Shown: piece by piece, positions 28,680 through 36,915 of the stretch
Position numbering within the stretch: the stretch's first letter is position 1
How the letters are laid out: every line of letters begins with the position of its first letter
Source of the DNA: an uncultured Rhodopirellula sp.
Lineage (GTDB): Bacteria > Planctomycetota > Planctomycetia > Pirellulales > Pirellulaceae
Length of the DNA stretch: 38,181 nt
Assembly: GCA_964007735.1 (NCBI GenBank)
Contig: CAXGAI010000042.1
Location: 1 to 38,181 of the forward strand
Direction: 5' to 3'
Program-made: the position numbers and the translations under genes
The notes under the pieces: model-generated
Told to the model about the DNA's origin: nothing
Database searches by the model: none
Seen by the model: only the letters and a program-made list of their open reading frames with translations

Positions 28680-29648
28680 TCAGGCAATCAAAGATGCCAG
28701 AATTTTACGAACACCACTAAACGTACGTCTTCCATGCATCGTGATATGATTATCTACGATTGCCATTTCCCCCGTTTGCCATTGAATATCAAACGTTAAT
28801 TCTTCTGCTATCTGGCAGGCTTTCCAAACCATATCCGCCGGTAGTTTTCCCCCATCGCCAAAGGTAATCGAATCATCCGGTGATTCTCCGGCAGGACCAA
28901 ATCCTGAATAAGCGGCAATCAACTGATTAAAAAACACCCGACGACCGTCTCCCAGGTTCTTCACTCCTGATAATACGGGAGTGGTAGCCGTCAAACTGCC
29001 GTCTGAATTCCAGACGGCGCTATAGCCCAGCTCTGCCATTCTCACTTCACATCCAGCTCGACTGTCAGCGCGAAACGTACTTCGCCAACTTCGCCCCATC
29101 CCTGACCCGGGGTCATCATCGGCGGGCATGGTATGAGTGTAACGCAGACCTTTCCCGGCACAGGCCTCAACGAAAGATGGCAACTCATGCTCTAACCTGG
29201 CAACCAAACAATCTGAACGGCAAATCGGTGTGGCACCTCCACTTTCAGCTGGTTGCTCACAAAAGAAGAACAGCTTACTGGGGAAGACCGGTGTCTGCGC
29301 CATCTCGTGATGCAGGTAGATCCGGACGTCGGGTGGTGCTTCGTTTGCGGTGAACACCCGTTCGGTCTTTTCCACTCTCACTGCGTTCGAGAGCGATTTC
29401 TCATACGGAAAGTTTGGCAAACCAAAACATCTAACCATGGCATCAAAATCTTTAGCTGTCCGGCCACCCGTATTACGAAACAGGACGGCACCATGCCGAC
29501 GCGCCTGCTCTGTATAGGTTTGTCGCTCACCCGTCAGTTGCCGCAGCGAGTCTGCTAGACTGGCATGCGAAGAATCAGGCGCCAGATCGCAGACATACGG
29601 AAAAACGGGTTGGTCGTGGCACGACTGGCCATTGCTGCCAGAATCCAT
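28680..29648 (-). CDS. TauD/TfdA family Fe(II)/2-oxoglutarate dioxygenase (SyrP/clavaminate synthase-like)
   Basis: HGAVLFR, NEAPP...LHHEMA (HxE), GGATP and W..G...IVDN...HGRR. Confidence 0.9.
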   Translation of the reverse strand: MDSGSNGQSCHDQPVFPYVCDLAPDSSHASLADSLRQLTGERQTYTEQARRHGAVLFRNTGGRTAKDFDAMVRCFGLPNFPYEKSLSNAVRVEKTERVFTANEAPPDVRIYLHHEMAQTPVFPSKLFFFCEQPAESGGATPICRSDCLVARLEHELPSFVEACAGKGLRYTHTMPADDDPGSGMGRSWRSTFRADSRAGCEVRMAELGYSAVWNSDGSLTATTPVLSGVKNLGDGRRVFFNQLIAAYSGFGPAGESPDDSITFGDGGKLPADMVWKACQIAEELTFDIQWQTGEMAIVDNHITMHGRRTFSGVRKILASLIA

Positions 29649-29661
29649 AGTGGCGGCACCT

Positions 29662-30975
29662 CTACCCTAGTGTGTAAGGTTCCCGATATTTCTTGGTAAG
29701 CAACGCATTCGCTTCATCATTATTAACGAATTCCTCTTTCGCCGGATCGAAATCTAAACGACCTTCCGTGCGATACGCAATCTCTCCAAGATGAACCAAC
29801 GCACAACTGTAGTGTGCTGTCTGAGCGTTTGCTTTGGTTGCCGAACCGGTTCGAATAGCCTGCTGGAACTCATGCATGTGTTCAGCATAGCCGCGTGAAC
29901 CGCGGATCTCCTGCCCTTCCGTTGGTCCGGGTTTATTTTTAGGGCCCAGAAATACGCTAAAGGCACCACGCCGTGAGAAAATCATATAGCCTTCTGTGCC
30001 ATAAAAGACATTCCCATTATCAAAACCATGCAAACCATAAGCTGTAAACGGATAGTTCTCATAAATCAAAAGCCGGCCATCATCATATTCATAAGCCACA
30101 TTCATGTTGTCCGGATACTCACTGGCGTGCCCATGTAACATCATACGACTGCCGCGAGCGGTAATCTGTTTCGGCAGTCTGTCAACTCCGAGGCCCCAGG
30201 CTGCCATATCCAAATCATGAATCCCATCGTCACCAATTTCACCGTTGCCATAATCCTGGAACATTCTCCAACTGCCATGAAACCGCTGTCGGTTAAAGTC
30301 CCTTCTGGGTGCCGGCCCCAACCACCGATCGTAATCCACATTTAACGGAGTTGCGGTGTCGGGGACAGGCTTAGCTACATTTCGAGTTTCAGCGGTCCAT
30401 GCCCGAGCAACTTTCACTTCACCAATAATACCTTCCTTCAAAAGTTTCTCGGCTTTCGCGGTCACAGGACTGTTGCGCATCTGACTTCCCTGCTGAACTA
30501 CACAGCCATACTGTCTGGCCGCTTTAATAATGGCATGCCCTTCGTTGTACACGTGAGAAATCGGCTTTTCGATATAGACATGCTTTCCTTCCCGCATGGC
30601 GGCCAGTGCAATCGGCGCGTGCCAATGATGAGGCGTGGCGATGACAATGGCATCCACATTCTTGTCCTGAATAACCTCTTCATACCGACGAGTTCGTTTA
30701 GGAGATTTCGGCTGGAACTCCTGCCTGACAAACCGACTCATACGTTCGGTCTGTGCATCGTCTACGTCACACAACCAAGCAATTTCCACATCATCATGAC
30801 GGTTGACTAAGCCCTGCACATGCAGACTCATGATCCCGCCGCAACCGACGATTCCAAAAATCAGTTTTGTTTTCGGCTGCTGTGCTTCCGAATGAACCGT
30901 CGTCAACGAAGCCGCAGCCACCGTTGCCAGCGGCGCCTGAGTGGTAAGAAATTTACGTCTGGAAGCGTCTTTCAT
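29662..30975 (-). CDS. Tat-exported Gfo/Idh/MocA family oxidoreductase
   Basis: SRRKFL Tat motif; GIVGCGG, ATPHHWH, GKHVYIEKP and DDGIHDLD. Confidence 0.93.
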   Translation of the reverse strand: MKDASRRKFLTTQAPLATVAAASLTTVHSEAQQPKTKLIFGIVGCGGIMSLHVQGLVNRHDDVEIAWLCDVDDAQTERMSRFVRQEFQPKSPKRTRRYEEVIQDKNVDAIVIATPHHWHAPIALAAMREGKHVYIEKPISHVYNEGHAIIKAARQYGCVVQQGSQMRNSPVTAKAEKLLKEGIIGEVKVARAWTAETRNVAKPVPDTATPLNVDYDRWLGPAPRRDFNRQRFHGSWRMFQDYGNGEIGDDGIHDLDMAAWGLGVDRLPKQITARGSRMMLHGHASEYPDNMNVAYEYDDGRLLIYENYPFTAYGLHGFDNGNVFYGTEGYMIFSRRGAFSVFLGPKNKPGPTEGQEIRGSRGYAEHMHEFQQAIRTGSATKANAQTAHYSCALVHLGEIAYRTEGRLDFDPAKEEFVNNDEANALLTKKYREPYTLG

Positions 30976-31068
30976 AATGTAGCCTTTTCACTGTACTAAA
31001 AACGATGCGACCCATGTTGTTATTGTAGAAGAGTGGGCCAACCACTGCGAATGATAAAGCCAACTACA

Positions 31069-31653
31069 CTAACGGAAATCAGCCTTGCGATTTAACCACT
31101 CCTCAACTGGAGTGGTCATCTGACCTTCAAGGTCAACACCTAATCCATCCGCAATACGGTTGATATAATTGAAATACCCGATCACCTGAGCAGCGATCGT
31201 AATCTGCTCGTCGTCAAACCCAACCTCCCGCAAGTAAACAACATCGGCTTCCAACATATTCTGGGGCTCTGTTGTGAGCTTAATGGCATAATCACAGAGT
31301 GCCCTATCGGCCGGCGTTAACCCGGCTTCCCGATAGTCATACTGAATCTGGTCAGCGACTGCAGGATTTTGCGACTCCAGACCGAAGTCCCTGGCATGCG
31401 CTAACGTTCAGTAAAAACAGTCGTTTGCGCAACTCACTACCGTCGCCAGCATTTCTTTACGAGCCGCAGACAGTGCATTGTTGGTCTTCATCAACTTAAG
31501 ATAAAACTGCATCGATGCTTCCAGTGACGCTGGATCAAGACTCATTAAGCGAATAATATTAGCAACGCGGTCCGCGCGTCCACGCGCCGACTCGTAAATC
31601 CGAGCCAGCGTTCCTTGAGCGTCTTCTTCCGCAACCTGATCAATAAATGCCAT
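31069..31653 (-). CDS. AhpD/carboxymuconolactone decarboxylase-like peroxidase-related protein, probable selenoprotein (CxxU, TGA at 31408-31410)
   Basis: The two track ORFs (31408-31653 and 31069-31257) share one frame and only the TGA separates them: ...RKEMLATVVSCANDCFY-U-TLAHARDF...DRALCDYAIKLT...LREVGFDDEQI...IGYFNYINRIADGLGV. The full product is 194 aa and the TGA sits at the second Cys of the family's CxxC. Confidence 0.85.
31371..31401 (-). promoter_or_regulatory. Candidate bacterial SECIS hairpin just 3' of the in-frame UGA
   Basis: The mRNA reads UGA-ACGUUA-GCG-CAUG-CCAG-GGACUUCGGU-CUGG-AGU-CGC. The CCAG/CUGG stem closes a G-initial loop 17 nt after the UGA. An alternative fold is CCA-gg-GAC-UUCG-GUC-UGG. 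GCG/CGC can form a lower stem. Confidence 0.6.
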
Positions 31654-33423
31654 CTATTTAGCCTTCGTGACAATCATCTGGTACGGACCGCGAGTTTGGG
31701 CTCCCGCAATCAACGATGCCTGTACTTTTTGTGGACCGGCTACTAACTGAGCCCTCCGGATCACAATTTCCTGAGAACCAGCTGGAGAATCACTTCCCAG
31801 CACAGCATTGCCAAACTCCACTTTGACCTTCTCATTTTCCTTAGCTGCATCAAACACGAGCTTAATGTCATAGGCTCCAGAAGACTCCACATCCACAAGC
31901 CAATGGCCATTGGCGTTAGGTGCCCACGTACCATTACGCCAATCCTGCCGAGTCAGGACACCGATAGGATCATGCTCGCTACCCAAAACAATTCTCGGCG
32001 GGTCATAATTATTTTTGCGGGTCGACGAGACATCGGCAAACCAATCTTCATACAACGATTGCAATTGTGACGCTATCCGGGTTTCCCGCGTAATCAAGTT
32101 TTTGGTTTCCCCTGGATCTTCCGCCAGGTTATAAAGTTCAAACTTAGGATCCCCCTCAAAGCTTTCTTTCCCAAACCCGGAAGGATGAACCAACTTATAA
32201 TCCCCTTTACGAATCATGAAATTGTGATAGAGCGTTGGTTGGTTACCACGATGAGACTGAATAACCAATGTCCTGTTTTTAGGTTTCGAATCCGCGTCTT
32301 GCAAAGCCCTCAACAGGCTCATCCCGTCGACATGATGCTTCTTCTTTAACTTCACGCCACAGGCTTCAGCAATCGTTGGCAATAAATCGATATGGGCACC
32401 GACCTGAGCACTTGAACTCCCGGCTTTAATCCGGGCGGGCCAGTGAACAATAAGTGGTGAACGAATCCCCCCCTCGAGTACGTTTGATTTAACTCCGCGA
32501 TGCCTGTTCACATAGCGAGCACTATTGGGGCCGTTATCATTGAGGTAGATGAGGATTGTATTATCCAACTGCCCTAAATCTTTTAGGGTTTGCACAAGAC
32601 GCCCAATATTCTGATCGACATTCGTAATCATTGCAAAGATTCGAGCTAACTTATCGTTTTCAGATTTTCGTGCCCCATCCTTTAACTGTCGAACCATAAT
32701 GGGCGAAAGATCTTTTTGCCTGTAGTCGTCATACAACGCCTGTGGAACATCATGGAATGGGCCATGGGGCGCGTTCGTTGGGATATAAACAAAGAAATTA
32801 TCGTCGTTGGCAGTCGTCGTCTTCACAAAGTCAATGGCAGCGTCAAAATATACGTCTGTGCAATACCCTTTGGTCTGCACCTGCTTTCCATTGCGAAAAA
32901 GAATGGCATCAGTGTAACGACGACCGTTCTCACGCGGCTCGGACGGCTGTGCCAGCCCTCCCCCTTTGTGTATCAAAGCCTCGTCGAAACCCTGATCAAT
33001 TGCGCGCATCGGATAATTATCGCCAAGATGCCATTTACCAAAGATCCCCGTTCGGTAGCCAACTGCATGCAAAACTTCCGCCACCGTAATCTCCTGTGGC
33101 TCCATCATGCTTCGCCCGAGATAAGTATCAATACAACGAGTGCGATAATTATACCGACCGGTCATCAGACAGGCTCGTGTCGGCGAACAAACGGGGCTGA
33201 CATAAAATTCTTCTAAATGGACTCCCCCGGCATGCAAAGCATCCAGATGAGGAGTATCTATCAGTTGGTTTCCTGCAAACCCGAAGTCACCGACCCCCTG
33301 ATCATCGGTCATAATGACAACCACATTAGGACGTTCAGCCAAAGCACCATCGGCGAGGGCCAGAACCAGTCCCAAGAAGGGCGTTAATACTGTAAAAATT
33401 CTACACATGACTATCCTCTTCAC
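31654..33423 (-). CDS. Arylsulfatase (formylglycine-dependent S1 family) with C-terminal beta-sandwich extension
   Basis: Signal peptide; PNVVVIMTDDQG, CSPTRACLMTGR, GKWHLG, NDNG and ELYNLAEDPGE. Its TAG abuts the next ATG. The start could be GTG 33423 or ATG 33408. Confidence 0.94.
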   Translation of the reverse strand: MKRIVMCRIFTVLTPFLGLVLALADGALAERPNVVVIMTDDQGVGDFGFAGNQLIDTPHLDALHAGGVHLEEFYVSPVCSPTRACLMTGRYNYRTRCIDTYLGRSMMEPQEITVAEVLHAVGYRTGIFGKWHLGDNYPMRAIDQGFDEALIHKGGGLAQPSEPRENGRRYTDAILFRNGKQVQTKGYCTDVYFDAAIDFVKTTTANDDNFFVYIPTNAPHGPFHDVPQALYDDYRQKDLSPIMVRQLKDGARKSENDKLARIFAMITNVDQNIGRLVQTLKDLGQLDNTILIYLNDNGPNSARYVNRHRGVKSNVLEGGIRSPLIVHWPARIKAGSSSAQVGAHIDLLPTIAEACGVKLKKKHHVDGMSLLRALQDADSKPKNRTLVIQSHRGNQPTLYHNFMIRKGDYKLVHPSGFGKESFEGDPKFELYNLAEDPGETKNLITRETRIASQLQSLYEDWFADVSSTRKNNYDPPRIVLGSEHDPIGVLTRQDWRNGTWAPNANGHWLVDVESSGAYDIKLVFDAAKENEKVKVEFGNAVLGSDSPAGSQEIVIRRAQLVAGPQKVQASLIAGAQTRGPYQMIVTKAK

Positions 33424-33573
33424 TTAACTCGATAAGTCTGTCGGTCCTTAAAACGCGGCGATCGGCCATACCACTAAGTTGGTCTCTCAGGCGTCAAGAA
33501 AACTTCATTAAACCTACCTATCATCGTTTCACTTTTTCTCTCGGGGTGTTCAATTACCACCAAAGTCCGGAAC

Positions 33574-35409
33574 TTAGTTTACAGCATTGAGATACTCTAA
33601 TCGGCGTTGCACCAGTGGTTCATCAGAGGCTTTGATCATCGATGCATCCACTTTGAATTCGTAGCCATGATGATCCCGCAAAAACACGATGGCATTCATC
33701 GCAGCGACAGCCACGGCATTGGAGTCAGACTTTGCTAACACCCGATAAATTGTCTGTTGCGGCTCGACAGCATGCAGACTCCCCAACACCTCTGCTGTTC
33801 GAATTTGAACCTGAAGGTCTGAATCTGCGAGTAAGGGCTTCAATGCGGTCAACAATGATTCAATCTTATCGCCAAAGGCGGCACATGCCGTGACCCCCCA
33901 GTAACGCACACGTGGGTTATTCGACTTTAATGCTCGTTGCAATTTCTTGCGAGCCTGTTCCCAGGGCAATAACGCCAAATCCACAATATCCAGCAGATCC
34001 TCGATCTCAGCACTTCGTTCCTGCCCAAACCCGATACCGTTCTGCAAAGCGAGGTCAATCATCTGATTTTCCGGGAACAAACTTAAATCGTTAATCTGTT
34101 TCATCTTATCCCGCAGTCTACCTCGCAAATCCATCAGCACCGATTGGTGGGCTGCCATGCCTGCGAGATTAACTACCTCATGGGGGTCGGCTTCAACATC
34201 AAAAAGCAATTCCACCGGTTTGGCATGGAAGAAATGAGACTGTGCCTCATTTAATTCCCCTTTACTATTCAGTTCCCGCCACTGAGAAAATGCCAGCATT
34301 CGATAGCGATAATTATTCTGCAGCGAGTCAGGGTAAAAGTGTTCATACGCTCTTATGTACTTGTACTTACCTTTTCTCAAGCTTCTGGCAAATTCATAGC
34401 GTTCATCAAATCGATCCGCATAACCAAATGCTTCGTCTCGTGCAGCCAGCGATTCGGGCGTGACTCCTTCACCGGCAAATGGCTTACCATCCATACTCTC
34501 GGGAACATCCAACCCGGCCAGGTTCAAGACCGTTGGGCTGAAGTCGATAAAGGATACAAAGCCGTCTTCACGGACACCCTGTGCTGTTGCGAATAAATGC
34601 TTGTACTTTTCAGGAAATCGGATAACCAATGGAACATGCAAACCAGCCTCGTAGATATAACCTTTACTGCGTGGCAAAACACCTCCATGATCCCCAAAAT
34701 AAAAGATAATCGTGTTTTCGAATAAGCCATCTTGTTTCAATTGTTCGACAACTTTCCCAATCTGATTGTCAATCACTGTCATACGATCGTGGTAAAACGC
34801 CTGCGTATAACGAAAGAGCGGCGTATCCGGGAAGTACGGAGGCAACTCGACTGTAGCCGGATCTGTCTTTAATGCTTCCCTGTCTATCTGCCCCCACTTG
34901 AAATGAAGCGAGCTTTCATGGGACATCCCAAAACTTTGCATATGGAAGAACGGTTGCGTCTTGTCGGGGCGTTTGCGCCAACTTGCCGTTCGCGAACTTT
35001 CATCCCACACTTTGTCTGTGACGATGTTATAGTCCTGCTTGTTATTGTTTGTGCAATAATAGCCCGCTTCACGCAAATAAACCGGCACCATCTTGACGCC
35101 GGCGGGAAGATTAGCAGGCACCATTTTACGGTGATAATGAAAACCTGCCCGCGGGCCAAGAATCCCGGTCATGAGTGTGGTACGAGCTACTGAACAAACC
35201 GGACTATTGGAAAACGCGTGGTTGAACGTAACGCCTTGCTGAGCTAACTGACTAATGGCAGGTGTCGGTCCGTTAGGGCCACCATAGTGCTGCATATAGT
35301 GAATTGAATTGTCTTCCGACAACAACCAAACGATATTCGGTCTCTCGGCAGCCGATAACAAACTGGCTAGCATGGTGCCCAAGATGGCAAACACAACTCG
35401 ATATTTCAC
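33574..35409 (-). CDS. S1 sulfatase with C-terminal HEAT-like repeats
   Basis: Signal peptide; PNIVWLLSED, CSVARTTLMTG, GDHGG and ELLFDVEADPHE. The C-terminus has HEAT-like segments (NPRVRYWG, DSDLQVQIRTAEVLG). Confidence 0.92.
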   Translation of the reverse strand: MKYRVVFAILGTMLASLLSAAERPNIVWLLSEDNSIHYMQHYGGPNGPTPAISQLAQQGVTFNHAFSNSPVCSVARTTLMTGILGPRAGFHYHRKMVPANLPAGVKMVPVYLREAGYYCTNNNKQDYNIVTDKVWDESSRTASWRKRPDKTQPFFHMQSFGMSHESSLHFKWGQIDREALKTDPATVELPPYFPDTPLFRYTQAFYHDRMTVIDNQIGKVVEQLKQDGLFENTIIFYFGDHGGVLPRSKGYIYEAGLHVPLVIRFPEKYKHLFATAQGVREDGFVSFIDFSPTVLNLAGLDVPESMDGKPFAGEGVTPESLAARDEAFGYADRFDERYEFARSLRKGKYKYIRAYEHFYPDSLQNNYRYRMLAFSQWRELNSKGELNEAQSHFFHAKPVELLFDVEADPHEVVNLAGMAAHQSVLMDLRGRLRDKMKQINDLSLFPENQMIDLALQNGIGFGQERSAEIEDLLDIVDLALLPWEQARKKLQRALKSNNPRVRYWGVTACAAFGDKIESLLTALKPLLADSDLQVQIRTAEVLGSLHAVEPQQTIYRVLAKSDSNAVAVAAMNAIVFLRDHHGYEFKVDASMIKASDEPLVQRRLEYLNAVN

Positions 35410-35486
35410 TTTACCATTCCTCTACGCTTAACTCACGGATTTCTTAGCCGCTCATTATGGGACTCGTTCACCAAAATGACAATCCA

Positions 35487-36749
35487 CTACCTTCGATAGA
35501 AGGAACTCTCTTTCGAAGCCTTATAAGTGACATCCAAGTGAGGCGTGTCAAGTTTACGCTGCCCCAGGTGAAGAGATTGCAGAGCGGATTGAACCATCCC
35601 CGAGGTCAACAGAGTTCTCTCGATACGATACGGCACCTTATGGGTCATAAACATCTTCTCCGCGTTGTTCATCAAAGCGGCCGAGTAAACGACGTTAGGA
35701 TTAGGTGGCAAATAAAAGCAGGTCGACAATGGCTCCACTTGCCCTTTAAGCTTGGCCGCAAAATTAAAGTCCCTGACAAGCCCATTCATCAGCATCATGG
35801 TTGCTCGCGTCCCATCATTGTATTCCAACTGGTAGCAAACCGGGTTTTCCACCAGTTCTTTCATAAGTGCCGAAGACGGATAGCGATGGCTAAAGTCCTC
35901 AGTCTGACTAAGGGTTTGGCTACGTGAGAGACAGGCCTCAAACAACACTGGCGACCACCTTTTGTCTGCTAGATGTTTCCACACAGTGTCTCCCTCCAGA
36001 GCATGAATACTTTTCACACCGGTTTCCCCTCCGCTACGTCGCTCCATCATACACTGGAGGGTTTCTAAAGCATGGAAGTCATAGATATCCTTCGGACCAT
36101 AAGCCACCACCATCGCTTCCTCAATTTCGGCACCGAAAGGCAATTCCACTGATGGCATTCTCCAGGTCACGGGAAGTGAACTGCCTGCAAGAAACGGGAA
36201 CTTAAGCTCCTTACTCTGAGCCACCATATCGGCTGCCCACTCAAAGTTCCAACTGAGATGTTTATCATTAAAGATCGGTAAAGATTTCCCTTCTTCCCGA
36301 AAGACATCCGTGATTCCATTAAACAAACGATACCGAGGATAAAGTTTCTGCCCGATTTCGTTTACTTCATAATCACCATGTTCACCGATCAACAGGACGC
36401 AATCCACATCAAGTTTGTCTGTGCCATTTCTTAAGGCCTCTGCGATCGTTGGGTACACCGTAAATCCGAATTCTTTGGCTCGGCGTTTACTCAGGTCATT
36501 ATCTTTAATTTGGTCCACATACGCAGAAACCACTTCAATTTCCGGATGGTGCCATTTTCCGTTGACTGGATAGCCGACCAAAAATCGGGTCGCCATATGC
36601 CAGGCATGCGAACCATACCACCAGGTCGTCGTCACAATCGCCATACGTTTCTTTTTGGCAGGACGTTTAGCCAAAGTCTCAGATGACGTTAATAGAACAG
36701 CAGGTATCCCTGCGGCTCCCACTTGCAAGAAACCACGACGATCTAGCAT
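35487..36749 (-). CDS. Tat-exported conserved hypothetical protein, probably a divergent Gfo/Idh/MocA-like fold
   Basis: MLDRRGFLQ Tat motif at ATG 36749 after GGAG. VDCVLLIGEHGDY, FNDKHLS and YDFHALE fall where Gfo motifs would be expected. Confidence 0.75.
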   Translation of the reverse strand: MLDRRGFLQVGAAGIPAVLLTSSETLAKRPAKKKRMAIVTTTWWYGSHAWHMATRFLVGYPVNGKWHHPEIEVVSAYVDQIKDNDLSKRRAKEFGFTVYPTIAEALRNGTDKLDVDCVLLIGEHGDYEVNEIGQKLYPRYRLFNGITDVFREEGKSLPIFNDKHLSWNFEWAADMVAQSKELKFPFLAGSSLPVTWRMPSVELPFGAEIEEAMVVAYGPKDIYDFHALETLQCMMERRSGGETGVKSIHALEGDTVWKHLADKRWSPVLFEACLSRSQTLSQTEDFSHRYPSSALMKELVENPVCYQLEYNDGTRATMMLMNGLVRDFNFAAKLKGQVEPLSTCFYLPPNPNVVYSAALMNNAEKMFMTHKVPYRIERTLLTSGMVQSALQSLHLGQRKLDTPHLDVTYKASKESSFYRR

Positions 36750-36915
36750 GACGATTCTCCCAACGAGTTCGAGTTTCGTATTCAATCAAACAAAACTTTA
36801 TTGTAGCTGTTTTGAGAAACTGTCTGTTAATCCAAAACGGATACCAACAGTTGCATTTATTGCACAATCGGCGATGATAATGGCAACTAACCTTCAGCAC
36901 ACAGGTTCCAGAACT

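Noticed and set aside
28680..29648. SyrP-like dioxygenase as part of an NRPS cluster, or as true taurine dioxygenase
   Set aside because: There are no NRPS/PKS or tauABC genes in the window, and it has an HxE motif rather than TauD's HxD.
31069..31653. Pseudogene, or two separate small genes
   Set aside because: The only lesion is a TGA at the catalytic Cys position, followed by a hairpin, and both halves are intact. Sec recoding explains this better, though it is unproven without the sel genes.
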